Assembly: GCA_951804945.1 (NCBI GenBank)
Contig: OX638164.1
Location: 22,444,001-22,508,000 of the forward strand
Source of the DNA: Podarcis cretensis
Lineage: Eukaryota
Direction: 5' to 3'
DNA: 64,000 nucleotides
Shown: in pieces, positions 1 through 11,760 of the stretch
Layout: the number at the start of each line of letters is the position of its first letter
Position numbering within the stretch: the first letter of the stretch is position 1
Notes under the pieces: model-generated
What the model was told of the DNA's origin: nothing
Seen by the model: only the letters and a program-made list of their open reading frames with translations
Database searches by the model: none
Position numbers and translations under genes: made by a program

Positions 1-13
1 TAATAACACCTTT

Positions 14-802
14 TTTTAAAAAAAAATATTTTTTATTCATTTTTCAAACATTTTTGTACAATCTACTCATACTTTATCACACAGTCATCAATTTTTGACT
101 TCCCTCAATTTCTCTGCCAATCTTTCGTTAAAGTTTCTATTGTTAACACATTTCGAAACTTACTATTGCCTTTAGCCATTCCTCTACCTTTCACTTACTT
201 CTTTTTTACAATATTTCTTAATTTTTCACAGAGACTCTTCAAAACCAACAAGCGTTGTCTGTACATCACATATGCCTTTCAGATACTCTGTAAATCTCCC
301 CTAGTCCTCAATAAACTTTTGGTCTTTCTGATAACGAATCTTCCCAGTCAGTTTATCCAATTCTGCATATTCAGTCAGTTTCATTCTCCATTCTTCCACT
401 GTTGGAATTTCTTCCTGCTTCCATCTTTGCGCCAGAAGTATTCTTGCTGCTGTTACTGCGTATTGGAAAAGTTTGCAGTCTTTTCTATTAATTTCATTAC
501 CTACCAATCCTAATAGGAAGGCCTCTGGTTTTTTTAACAAATGTATATCTCAACATCTTTTTCAACTCATTATATATCATTTCCCAGAAGCCTTTCACCT
601 TTTTACATTCCCACCACATATGATAGAAAGTTCCTTCTTTTTCTTTACATTTCCAACACTTGTTACATGTTTTATACATTTTAGCCAATTTTACTGGCGT
701 TATGTACCATCTATAGACCATTTTCATTACATTTTCCTTCAATGCGGTACACGCTGTACATTTTAACCTTTCATTCCATAATTTCATCCAGTCATCATAA
801 TC
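14..802 (-). mobile_element. 5'-truncated L1-clade LINE (ORF2 C-terminus, 3' UTR, A tail), decayed
   Basis: ORFs 497-841 and 301-540 join across a frameshift into an L1 ORF2 C-terminus (RWYITP..CWKCKEKEGTFYHMWWEC..FW; AARILLAQRWK..PTVEEW). TSD taataacaccttt at 1-13 and 803-815. Confidence 0.9.
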
Positions 803-1254
803 TAATAACACCTTTAACATCCTGTCTGCTTTGACCCTCACTGTCCCATACTGTTGATGATGCTTCCGAGATTCCTACACAGCCTTGGGGAATCCCAGCA
901 AAAACACTTGGTTCCTCCTCTGTTCTGACATCTCTACCCATATATGGGCCATGGGCCTTTCTGCCCCTCTCCCCCAATTTAATTTTTTTTTAAAGAGTGG
1001 GGATAGTCACGTGATACACCTTGGGCACATAGCCCTACTGCAGAGCTTCATACGTTTGCTTTTAGGCAGAGATTATGGCTCCTTATAATTGAGTCCATAT
1101 TTTACTGGGAAAAGAAAATGTGGTCAGTAAGGTTCCCATTAGCTTTAAAGGCAGGTTACATGCTGTAGTCGTTACTCCTTTGTTCACTGAATTAACCACA
1201 CACCATCTGTTTCAGTGGATCAGCCCCTGTGGCTGCAAGTGAGTCTGGGAAGTC

Positions 1255-3035
1255 ATAGTATTATAGAAGCATAGACTTGTAAAGTTGGAGGTGTCCCAAA
1301 GGGTCATCTAGCCCAAACCCCTGCAATCCAGGAATCTTACATGACAGACGGTCACTTAACATCTGCTTAAAAACCTCCAAGGAAGGACAGTGCACCACCT
1401 TTCATGGGAGTCTGTTTCACTGTCAAACAGCTCTTGTTGTCAAGAAGTTCTTCCTGATGTTTAGCCAAAATCTCCTTCCTTGTGACTATCAGCCATTGAT
1501 TTGGATCCTAGTCTCTGGAGCAGGAGAAAACAAGCCTTCATCTTCCATGTGACAGCCCTTCAGATGGCTATCATATCTCCTCTCAGTCTCCTCTTTACCA
1601 GGCTTGTTGTTGTTGTTTAGTTGTTTAGTCGTGACGGACTCTTCATGACCCCCTGGACCAGAGCACGCCAGGCACTCCTGTCTTCCACTGCCTCCCACAG
1701 TTTGGTCAAACTCATCCTGGTAGCTTAGAGAACACTGTCCAACCATCTCGTCCTCTGTCATCCCCTTCTCCTTGTGCCCTCAATCTTTCCCAACATCAGG
1801 GTCTTTTCCAGGGAGTCTTCTCTTCTCATGAGGTGGCCAAAGTATTGGAGCCTCAGCTTCACAATCTCTCCTTCTAGTGAGAACTCAGGGCTGATTTCCT
1901 TAAGAATGGAGAGGTTTGGTCTTCTTGCAGTACATGGGACTTTCAAAAGTCTCTTCCAGCACCATAATTCAAAAGCATCAATTCTTCGGCGATCAGTCTT
2001 CTTTATGGTCCAGCTCTCACTTCCATACATCACTACTGGGAAAACCATAGCTTTAACTATACAGACTTTTGTCGGCAAGGTGATGTCTCTGCTTTTTAAG
2101 ATGCTGTCTAGGTTTGTCATTGCTATCCTCCCAAGAAGCAGGCGTCTTTTAATTTCGTGACTGCTGTCACCATCTGCAGTGAAACATACCCAATTCCTTC
2201 AACTGTTCCTCATAAGGCTTGGTTTCCAGACCTTTGATCATCTTGGTCACCCCACTCTGCACACATTCCAATATCCGTCTTAAATTGTGGTGCCCAGAAT
2301 TGGACACAGTACTCCAGGTGTGGTCTGGCCAAGGCAGAATAGAGTGGGACTATTATTTCCCTTGATCAAGACACTATGCTTCTGTTGATGTAGCCTAGAA
2401 CAGCAATAGCTTTTTTGCTGCTGCATCACACTGTTGACTCATGTTAAGCTTGTGATTTACTAAGACCCCTAGGTCCTTTTCATACATATTACTGGCAATC
2501 CAAGTGTCCCCCATCTTATATTTGTGCAGCTTGTTCTTTCTGCCTAAATGTAGAACCTTACATTTGTTCCTATTGAAATTAATTTTGTTAGCTTTGGCCC
2601 GGTTCTCCAATCTGTTAAGGTCACATTGAATTCTGATTTTGTATTTAGCAGCATTGGCTACTCCTCCGAGGTTGGTGTCATCTGCATCCCCTCAGTACCT
2701 TCATCCAAATCATTTATAAATATGTTGAACAACAACAGGCCCAGGACAGAACACTTGGCCCAGGACACTTGTCACTTTTTTCGGGATGATGAGGAACTGT
2801 TAGTGAGCACTCTTTGGGTTTACTCTGTCAACCATCTACAAATCTAGTTAACAGTTACCTTGTCTAGTCCACATTTTCCCAGCTTCTCTGCAAGAAGATC
2901 AGGGGGGACTTTGTCAAAAGCCTTAACTGAAATCAAGATACACTACATCCACAGCATTCCCCTTTTCTACCAAACTTGTATATCTGTCAGAAAAAAGAAA
3001 TGAGATTCGTCTGGCATTACTTGTTTTTGAGAAAC
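1255..3035 (-). mobile_element. CR1 LINE 3' fragment, interrupted by BovB at 1605-2181
   Basis: ORF 2395-2610 (FNRNKCKVLHLGRKN..EKDLGVLV..KLNMSQQC) is CR1 RT C-terminus. A CR1-type tail lies near 1255-1280. CR1 sequence resumes across the BovB (caggct|aaacat). Confidence 0.9.
1605..2181 (-). mobile_element. RTE-BovB LINE 3' fragment
   Basis: ORF 1758-2120 MTNLDSILKSRDITLPTKV..VKAMVFPVVMYG..QYFGHLMRREDSLEKTLMLGKIEG is the BovB C-terminus; (CAA)n tail at 1605-1620. Confidence 0.95.
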
Positions 3036-3068
3036 TATTTTCTCATAATACCATTGTGTTGACATTAT

Positions 3069-3389
3069 GGCCACATTCAAACCATTCATTTGAAGCACTA
3101 TGATACCACCTTAAACCGTCATGGTTTCTGCAAAGAATTCTGGGGGCTGTGGATTTGTAAAGGACACTGAGAATAGTTAAAAGGGCTCCATTCCATTCAC
3201 AGATCTACAGTTCCCAGAATTCTCTGTGAAGAAGGTTTAAACCACTCTGAGGATCTCTGTGAAGGGAACAGGGGATCTCCTAATGACTTAGCACTCTTAA
3301 CAAACTACAGCTCCCAGAATGCTTTGGGGTAAGTCACTACCGTTTAATGTGGTATCATAGTGCCTTAAATGCACGGTGTGAATGTTGCC
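3069..3389. mobile_element. Palindromic MITE, PIF/Harbinger-like termini
   Basis: Long imperfect inverted repeats ggccacattc..gcactatgataccac / gtggtatcatagtgc..gaatgttgcc. Related fragments near 14150-14950 and 36640-36860. Confidence 0.65.
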
Positions 3390-3539
3390 TAAATATCTTC
3401 CACTCTGTGAAGAATCAAAATCGCCACTTCCCAGCTGTTGCCACCAGACAAGTCTGCAGCTGGGAGCCAGAAAGCCAGATGTGAGGCCTGCCAGGTTTTT
3501 TGGACCCTGGCAGCTACATCAGGAGGCACGAACTAGCCA

Positions 3540-3860
3540 TGACGGTCATGTATCGCCTGCACTGTGGGTGGCAATATTCCTCTGAATATGAATGAGCTGT
3601 TCGGAATCACAAGTGGGGAGAGTACTGCTCATGACCTCCCCATAGGCATCTGGCTGGTCTCTGAGAACAGGATGATGGACTAGATCAGGCATAGGCAAAC
3701 TCGGCCCTCCAGATGTTTTGGGACTACAACTCCCATCATCCCTAGTTAACACAACCAGTGGTCAGGGATGATGGGAATTGTAGTCTCAAAACATCTGGAG
3801 GGCTGAGTTTGCCTATGCCTGGGCTAGATGGCCACTGGCCTGATCCAGCAGGGCTCTTTT
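3540..3860 (+). mobile_element. CR1-type 3' UTR fragment hosting a hAT MITE
   Basis: gagaacaggat..ggactagat|gggccactggcctgatccagca motif shared with copies at 34650-34740, 58780-58850 and 62510-62570. Confidence 0.75.
3686..3821. mobile_element. hAT MITE
   Basis: Near-perfect palindrome with TIR caggcataggcaaactc / gagtttgcctatgcctg; 8-bp TSD gactagat / ggctagat. Confidence 0.9.
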
Positions 3861-4161
3861 GAAGGTGCTGCTCTAAACTCTTCTCTTTGCATACTGTCCT
3901 TTGCTGGTCATATCGATTTGGTAGGATATGAACCTCTCAAGTACCATTTGACCAGATACTATATTGGCACTGGGCACAGCAGGAACATGCATATCATATG
4001 GTGTGTGTATCACAGCATCTTTCAGTCTCTGCAAGTGTGCATGGGGGGGGGGTATTCCTTCTCTCTCTCCTTTTAGCCACTCTTAGTTCTAAACAGGATA
4101 CTGAAGAGTAATATCTGGGAAATGCACTGTGATAACTTGAAACCTGATTTGTGTCTTTCAG

Positions 4162-4260
4162 CTTTTGGAAGCTGAAGTTCACATCTTGAGGGAATTTGTT
4201 AAACCATTTGAAGTCTTCCTTATATAATGTGCCCAACAGCAGGAAGACTGTATACATCAA
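4162..4260 (+). other. Candidate 99-nt exon, probably non-coding
   Basis: Acceptor cctgatttgtgtctttcag|, donor CAA|GTAAGC; stop codons in all three through-frames. Confidence 0.35.
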
Positions 4261-5543
4261 GTAAGCAGTAAGCTGATTTATTCAGCGAAAACGTGTTCAA
4301 ATTATCCAGATAGATGAGGCATACATATTTAACCCGTGGCCTTGTGTGTTCCTCTAAAATGCTCCTGAGGAAATGAAGGTGTCAAATCTTAAAAAATGAA
4401 GGTTTCTGCTCCCAAATTCTGATTGTTTATTTATTTATTTATTTATTTTGCTGCATATTCTGGAGTGTTTGAGGGAATTCTGCTTTAAAAAGCCACCAAA
4501 CTAATGTAGGAGGCTGGAGGAGCTGAGTGGCACAAAAAGATTAAGAATCCTACAAATCTGGACTTGTTGAAATGACAACTTACTTTAAATCAGTGAAGGG
4601 TTTGCCTAAATAGGGAAATTAATGTTTGCACCCAGTCTGTACTCAAAAAGTTCTAAGGAGCTGCTGTTGTAGATCTTCTTATGCTCCAAATATTTATCTG
4701 GAGCAATCCTTTTATTCTTTTACATCTGTCCTTGCTAAATTACTGGGCCAATTTAAGCCCTCGTTTTGCATTTTGCGGCTGTCTTGATTAATTCTTTTAC
4801 TACTAGGACAGTTGTAATTTGTCGGGGTTCAGCTCTTTTCCTGAGGAGTCCAGTACTGAATGGTCTGTGTATGTAGATGTTTCTTGTCTCTTGTCTACAC
4901 ATATGTACATGTGTGTGCATGAATCCCAACAGCACCATCCTATACATGCCCATTTCACAGAAGAAAAGCTGGCGGTGCTGAACTAGGGGTATAAGAAGGT
5001 GTCGCTTCCTGTTCCGCCCAGTATTGGGCACATGCAGTTTCTGTTCTGCCACTAGGGCTGAGTGATGTCTGGTTTTCAACATTGTGATATATCGCCAGCT
5101 AAACATTGTAATATACCAGTGTTTCCCAACTAGGGGCCATACAGCCACTTGGGGGGGGCAGGATATTCCAAGGGGGCCACAGGTGAAATCACATAAATGG
5201 GGCGGGCACAGCACAAGACTAGGGAGGCACTGAGGGAAGTGAGAAATGAAGGCAAAAAAAAAAAAAAACCACCCCCATGTTTTAAATAAAATCTAATTGG
5301 CTGGCTATCCACTTGCCAAGGTAAGGGGGCAGCCCACAAGGGCCTAGTGCTCCTTTTTGCCTCCTGGGTTTTCTTGAAGCAGTCTGGGTTCATTTCTGGT
5401 GAGGCTCCCATTTTGACCATTAGAGCCCGTGATCCAGAACTTCCAGGTCAGGTGAATGCGGTGGTGGGGTGGCAATGGGTAGGGCTGGGCGAGCTGGAGC
5501 TGCTTGTTGCTGTTGTCAGTGCTGGGCCAAGTGGCAGCCTGGG

Positions 5544-5909
5544 TGTTATGTACTGAGTTGAATAGGATCCAAAATGCAGCAGTCTGATTGGGCCTAGAAC
5601 AATAGGATCCAAAATGCAGCAGTCTGATTGGTCCCAGAACAATAGGATTCAGAATGCAGCAGTCTGATTGGTCCTAGAACAATGCAGCAGTATGGTTGGT
5701 CTGCAGGAGCCACCCAATCCAGCTCCAGATGGAAGTGAATCCACAACCTGATTGGCCTACAGGAGAATTCCGGAATTAGCCAATCACGTGCAGCCCATTG
5801 TGTAAATAATGTATATAAAGCAGATACTTTGAGGGGACTTTCATTCCTCCTCACCACTATGAGCTGAATAAAGAGCATGAAATCCACTCTCGACTCTGAG
5901 TATATTTCA
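5544..5909 (+). mobile_element. Solo LTR, 366 bp (Gypsy- or ERV-type)
   Basis: TG...CA termini with imperfect inverted repeat (tgttatgtactgag vs tgaaatatactcag); exact 5-bp TSD ctggg at 5539-5543 and 5910-5914; CCAAT boxes, TATATAAA 5812-5819 and AATAAA 5867-5872 in U3-R order. Confidence 0.9.
5561..5701 (+). repeat. 40-bp tandem repeat x3 plus partial unit in the LTR U3
   Basis: aataggatccaaaatgcagcagtctgattggkccyagaac-like units at 5561, 5601 and 5641, each containing CTGATTGG. Confidence 0.95.
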
Positions 5910-6830
5910 CTGGGCCTGACTCCGCAAGGTGTAGGGTGTAACCCACCCCAGCACCTAGTGGATCAGGGCCTTCGGATGTTGCTGAGGGGTGCAGGGCCTG
6001 TTGGCAGTGTCAGCCCAGCTCTGCAAGGCATGGGGTGAAATTGGGGTCATCTGGTGCTGCTGACTTACATCTAATAAATAACTAAGTGTCTACTCAGAAG
6101 AAAACTGCACTGAGTTCAGTGGGCATTACTTCCAGGTAAGGGTGTGTGGGGCTATAGTGTTTTATATAGGCAGCCAGTGCTCCTCCGGATGACAAGATCC
6201 TTTGCACCCAGTCAGTGAGGACCACTTGCTTTTTAAAATGCTCCCATATATACAGAACTCCCTGTGCATCTTTTGGACTGTTTTTGTAGGTTTCTCCCCT
6301 CTGTGTCAAATAACTGGGGTCAAATAAGTGTTGTTTACTTTTTATAATACATGGAAGATGGATCTCCCTTGGGAGGTTCTGGACTCTCCTTCCTTGGAGG
6401 TTTCTAAGCAGATGATACTTTAGCTGACTTTCCTACACCACAGGGGGTTCCACCTCTATGATTCTATGTTTTTCTGCTTCAACAATACTTCATTATGTTC
6501 CTATCATTTTTTTGTAATTGTACAAGTTATAAAAATTGTAAATAAATCATGTTCTATTTCCAAACAAAACATTTAAATAGTTACCTTTCTACTGTTAGAA
6601 TGGGGGGGGCATGGGCATAGCATTTCGTTAGGGGTGCAGAACCTCAGATTTGTATTGATTTTTACTGATTTTTACTTATGTGGGGCAGTTGCTCCTCTGT
6701 CTCTTCTTGGCTACACCCATGGGGGCACAGGAAGGAAACAAAGTTAGAAGTGGGCCACAGTCGGAAAAAGGTTGGGAAACACTGGTGATATACCGCTATA
6801 GCACGATGTCAGAAATGATGGAACTATGTA

Positions 6831-6978
6831 CAGGTTTACAGACGCTTCAGGTTACAGATGCTTCAGGTTACAGACTCTGCTAACCCCATTAGCTAAAGTG
6901 GTACCTCAGGTTAAGAACAGTTTCAGGTTAAAAACGGACCTCCAGAACGAATTAAGTTCTTAACCAGAGGTACCACTG
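6831..6978. mobile_element. Internally deleted Tigger/pogo-type MITE
   Basis: TA flanks; right end gaggtaccactg matches the full copies at 51102 and 61772. Confidence 0.85.
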
Positions 6979-7464
6979 TAGAGGCAAATAGGGTAATGTT
7001 CTGGCAACTGCTGCTACTTAGGGGTCTAAAACTGATACACTTTTACTTACCTGTAACATGTTGTTGCAACTGTTATTTTATAGTACAGAGCAACAGGGGT
7101 TGAATCATGAGAGAAGCGATGACCAGCTTTATGATTCTTTTCCTACATAATGATTTTTTTATTTTATTTTTTATATAGCCCCCACACCTCATGATTCACA
7201 ATACACCGTTGTGTTGAATAATACGAAACTGTTACCACAATGTGGGCGTCAAAGCAATTTTGGACGGTGTATCAATACATTGCTCAGCCCGATCCTCCAC
7301 AGTTTACTTTCTGCCAAAAACCACATTATTCATCTTTCTGCCTGCTGTTGTCAAAATTACATAACTTTACACAGCTTACATAATTATTTGTTTAAATTAT
7401 GTTAGTAATGCAAATTACGATGCAAATGGGGGGCATTATCAATATTTATGTATGTATGTATGTA

Positions 7465-7818
7465 GGGACGCGGGTGGCGCTGTGGGTTAAATCACAGAGC
7501 CTAGGACTTGCCGATCAGAAGTTTGGTGGTTCGAATCCCCATGACGGGGTGAGCTCCTGTTGCTCAGTCCCTGCTTCTGCCAACCTAGCAGTTCGAAAGC
7601 ACGTCAAAGTGCAAGTAGATAAATAGGTACCGCTCCGGCGGGAAGGTAAACAGTGTTTCCATGTGCTGCTCTGGTTCACCAGAAGCAGCTTAGTCATGCT
7701 GGCCACATGACCCGGAAGCTGTACGCCGGCTCCCTCGGCCAATAAAGCGAGATGAGCGCCGCAACCCCAGAGTCGGCCACAACTGGACCTAATGGTCAGG
7801 GGTTCCTTTACCTTTACC
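7465..7818 (+). mobile_element. Sauria SINE (Squam1-type), full length, embedded in (TATG)n
   Basis: gggacgcgggtggcgctgtgggttaaa head, GGTTCGAATCC B-box, (ACCTTT)n tail. Confidence 0.92.
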
Positions 7819-7879
7819 TATGTATGTATGTATGTATGTATGTATGTATGTATGTTTGTATGTTACATTTCTATCCCAA

Positions 7880-8090
7880 CTTTCCTCTAAGGAGCTCAAG
7901 GTGGCATAAATACTTCTCCTTCTCCACCTCCTCCCAATTTATCCCTACACCAACCCTGTGAGGAAGGTTAGGCTGAAAGTGAGAGTGAAGCCCAAGGTCA
8001 CCCAGTGAGCTTCATAGCTCAGGGGGGATTTGAACCCTTGTCTCCTGGGACCTAGTCTGGCACTGTAACTGCTGCATCACACTGACTCTC
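7880..8090 (-). mobile_element. Older tRNA-derived SINE fragment (Squam3/MIR-like)
   Basis: Reverse complement reads gagagtcagtgtg..ggttcaaatcccc..gggtgaccttgggc, similar to the Squam3 copies. Confidence 0.6.
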
Positions 8091-9699
8091 AAGAAAGATA
8101 TAGCTAAATATTATGTGTTGTTTGCAGGCAAAAAGCAACAAAAGTGAATCCTGGTCATATTCACTAGATAGATTTTTGTTCTGGACATGGAATGAATAAG
8201 TGGAGGCCAGAAATATGTGCTCCTGTTTTCATTTTTGTCAGAATCCTTTGGATGGTTCTAGATTTGAGTCAGTTAATGTATCTGATAAATACTCTTTACT
8301 TCAGTTGTCGCTTATCTCAGGAGGTTGGGACCTTGGGACCAAACTGCCCCAGTTCCAGGAACAGACATATGCCTTGTGTCTCCAAACACCGTCAGTCTGA
8401 CACCTTTCTTTCCCCCTAATTAATGATTATTAATTAAATACGCTGACTCTGAATGTAAAACGGAAACCTTCCAGAATGCACATGAATCAAGGTTTTGAGA
8501 GCGGGGTGTTTTGTCTACGAATGTGTGTATCATTTGCGAGAAGCAAACGGAGTGTAAGACCGGAATACTGAATGTGTGTTGAGGGTGTCGAGGGAATGGT
8601 TTCCATAGGAACAAAAATATGGAGGATTTGGGGCCTCTCCTAAATCAGTTCAAAAAACTCGTATCGTTCTCTGAAATGGCGAATGTGCTGGGTGGGGAGG
8701 GAAGGAGAAAGCCAGAGGAGGAAAAGGGGTGAGCAGCTGGCCTAATTTTAGAAGCCTGTCTGCGTTTCTTTTTATTGCCTATGCATTTTAGAATTTGTAT
8801 CCCTGCCTATTCATTCTCTTAGTCAATAAAAACAAAAACAAATTTGACACAGCCACATGGCTGAATTGGCAGAGGCAAGGAAAGAGAGCAATGAAAGCAA
8901 CACAAAAGTGGAGTAAAGCCGATTTGCCTATTTTGGCCAAACAATGTCTACCTGGCCTACACCTGACCTGATATATGACACTGGCCAGGTGAAGACCCAT
9001 TTTCAGGAGGTTTTCAGGCACTGCCAACCAGCTGATGGACCACACTTGTGGAGCCCCCATGCATCAGTTACTCCTGAGGGCTCACATCACACTGTGCAAA
9101 ATATGGGTTGCCTGACACCTGCATGCCAACAAGGCTTAATCACATGTGGGGAAGAGGCATTTTGGCCTAACTCTATGGTAAATACATCCCCTTGCGCTTA
9201 GTGTCTTGCTGCAGGTCCTGCTTGATTTTATGGGATTTGTTGGGATTAAAGGCAATGGATTTAGCATAGCAGGGGAAGAAATAAAGTGGTATTAGAGTCT
9301 TCTCATATATCATGAGAGTACATACTACATAATCCTTGTGGAAGTAAGTGAGCCAATTAAAGCTTTCTGGCCTAGGCTGAAAACACAGCTTGTTTTGGCA
9401 TTGCCTATAGATTGTTCGACCCGAATCCCATTTTGCACACTTCTCAATGCCAAGCATATCCCAGACCATTCCACCCAGTTGAGACCCCTGGCAGAAATGG
9501 ATGCCCTAGCTGTGCCGCAGAGGACACTTGCTCTTCCAGTGTGGGACCCATTGTTTGGCTCATTGGTAGATCCCAGTTCCTTTTGTCTATTAACCCCATC
9601 CCAGTGCGTGGGACCAGTTGACTTGTGAGATTGCCCTAGAGCGAGCATGCCCACTCTACCTCTTCAATCTGCAAAAATGGTATTGTCACAGGTGCCACA

Positions 9700-10420
9700 C
9701 AAAACTCAGGAATCAATCTTTCCATGTGGCAGCACCCACTCTGTGGCACTCCCTGCCTATTGACATCAGGCAGGAGCTTTTGCTGCAATATTTTCAGTGT
9801 CTGCTAAAACATTTTTGCTTAGGGAAGCCTATCCAAGTGTATAAAGGGATGTGGGTGGCGCTGTGGGTTAAACCACAGAGCCTAGGACTTGCCGATCAGA
9901 AGGTCGGCGGTTCGAATCCCTGCGATGGGGTGAGCTTCCATTGCTCGGTCCCTGCTCCTGCCATCCTAGCAGTTTGAAAGTACGTCAAAGTGCAAGTAGA
10001 TAAATAGCTACCGCTTGGGCGGGAAGGTAAACAGCATTTCCGTGCGCTGCTCTGGTTTGCCAGAAGCGGTTTAGTCATGCTGGCCACATGACCCAGAAGC
10101 TGAACGCTGGCTCCCTCAGCCAATAAAGCGAGATGAGTGCCGCAACCCCAGAGTCAGTCATGACTGAACCAAATGGTCAGGGGTCCCTTTACCTTTACCT
10201 TTATCCAGGTGTATGGAATGCAGAAAGGTGTTTCAGTCTGGTTTTTAGCTTATCTTGGATTTTAATTATGTTTGAAGGTTTATAATGTATTTAGAGGGAG
10301 GGGTTTAACTGATAATGTCAGTGTTTTGTTCTTGTACTGCACTTTGAGGTTTGTTTGAGTTTTTGTTTTAAAAAAATACTATCAAGCATAATATAGATTT
10401 AATATATTAATATTAATAAA
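9700..10420 (+). mobile_element. L2-type LINE 3' fragment, interrupted by a Sauria SINE
   Basis: Translates to SFHVAAPTLWHSLPIDIRQ..F...LK (L2 ORF2 end), followed by an AT-rich tail. Confidence 0.7.
9846..10201 (+). mobile_element. Sauria SINE
   Basis: Same body as 7465; TSD tatccaagtgtat / tatccaggtgtat. Confidence 0.92.
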
Positions 10421-10518
10421 AGTGCTACTGGCTCTACTCATCATACCTGGTTTGTTGGAATGAGGTCAGGTCTACACATGGAACGGGATATGGCAGAATT
10501 GACTGTACCACATCAGAT

Positions 10519-10698
10519 TAGGAACCTAGGCAGATGTCTTACACCAGGTTGGACCACTGGTCCACAAAGCTCAATAATGTCTATACGGACAGGCAGCAGC
10601 TCTCCAGGATTTCAGACCTTAGTCTCTCCCAGCCCTACCTGAAGAGATGCCAGGAATTGAATCTGGGTCCTTTTGCAGGCACCACAGTGCTACAGCCC
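10519..10698 (-). mobile_element. tRNA-Ala-like SINE with CR1-type tail (Squam2-like), diverged
   Basis: Homologous to the copies at 11979 and 18292. Confidence 0.65.
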
Positions 10699-11329
10699 TT
10701 TTCTAACAAATAGGAAGATACCACAAAAAGCTCTCCTACAACAGAGAACTATCACAAACAGCAGTGCTGGCCTTAATGATCTTACAGCTCCTTTCTAGAT
10801 GGGAAAGCAGAGCTGGCTCCAGGTTTTTGTGGACTCTCTTTGGTCTTGCTCCTTCTGCTACCACCCCAACAACAACTTGGCTTTGGTGGCCCTGATTTAG
10901 AGGGTCCTCACCGGACACCTGCCTCAAAGTCCTCCCCTGATAGCATCACTGAAGCAGGCTTCTCTTCCAGCCCTTTACACACTGAGGTGGTTTTCTGTTT
11001 GCAATGTGGCTTTTAACACAGGGGAGCATTCGACAATGTGGCTGCTCATCTGCAGCTGGAAATGGTGCAGTCCATGTTATCTCCTCTTTCTGCCAAATGT
11101 TTATGCCAGACCTTCACTCCTCTGCTATTCATCTGCAAGATGCAGGGCTCCTACCCTTTTGTAAAACTGATCTAGCTTTTAAATTTCCTTTTAATGCACT
11201 AGATGGTCCACTTTCCTGATAAAAAAATTATAATTAATAATGTTTGCTGTAGAAAAAAGGATACATTGCACGTTCTTTTGTATTTCGTGAAAATCATATA
11301 TATATATATATATATATATGTTTGCCGTG

Positions 11330-11760
11330 CTCATCTGTCTCCGTTTAATGCCAGCAATCCTAACTGATCATCCACTCCTACTTTTATGACTAAATTCCAA
11401 AACTGTTTCATTTGATAGTGTTGATGTTCTCCCTCTCCCCCCCTCTCTGTTGTATTAGTTTTAATTATGACTAGACTTCTCTCGCTCTCTCAAATCCATT
11501 GATAATGGTTTATTTAAACTCTTTCTCTGCTCTCTGATGGTTTTAATTCCAGACAGTACATCAGTGAAATTTTAAAGTGTGCACTAGATGTGACACTGAT
11601 GGATCAGCCGAGCGAGAAATATCTGACAATTCATGTTTTCCTTTGCTTTGACCTGTGATATTTGAAATATAAGCCACTCGCAAGACATTTAACAGCCGGT
11701 GCATCTATAAACATTTCTCGCCATGTTTAAATGATGCCTTGGGATCATTTAAATATGTGC
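11330..11760. promoter_or_regulatory. CNE-like candidate enhancer
   Basis: Non-repetitive and AT-rich, with retained CpGs and TAAT, TGATGGAT and TGACA motifs; conservation not verified. Confidence 0.4.

Larger units (their letters stand above)
5117..6784. mobile_element. Non-autonomous hAT-type element (CAGTG termini) nested in 5053-7292
   Basis: Perfect 14-bp TIR cagtgtttcccaac / gttgggaaacactg; flanking duplication gtaatatac / gtgatatac. Confidence 0.8.
5053..7292. mobile_element. Old non-autonomous hAT element (TAGGGCTG termini), outer shell of a nested stack
   Basis: TIR tagggctgagtgatgt / acattgctcagcccga; degenerate 8-bp TSD tctgccac (5045-5052) / tcctccac (7293-7300). Confidence 0.7.

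Noticed and set aside
5561-5701. CRISPR-like repeat array
   Set aside because: Units are head-to-tail with no unique spacers and sit inside an LTR in a vertebrate genome.
7515-7742. Recurrent MAEGAGVQL ORF family (also 9896, 36009, 49316, 58178)
   Set aside because: Antisense translations of Sauria SINE copies, not a gene family.
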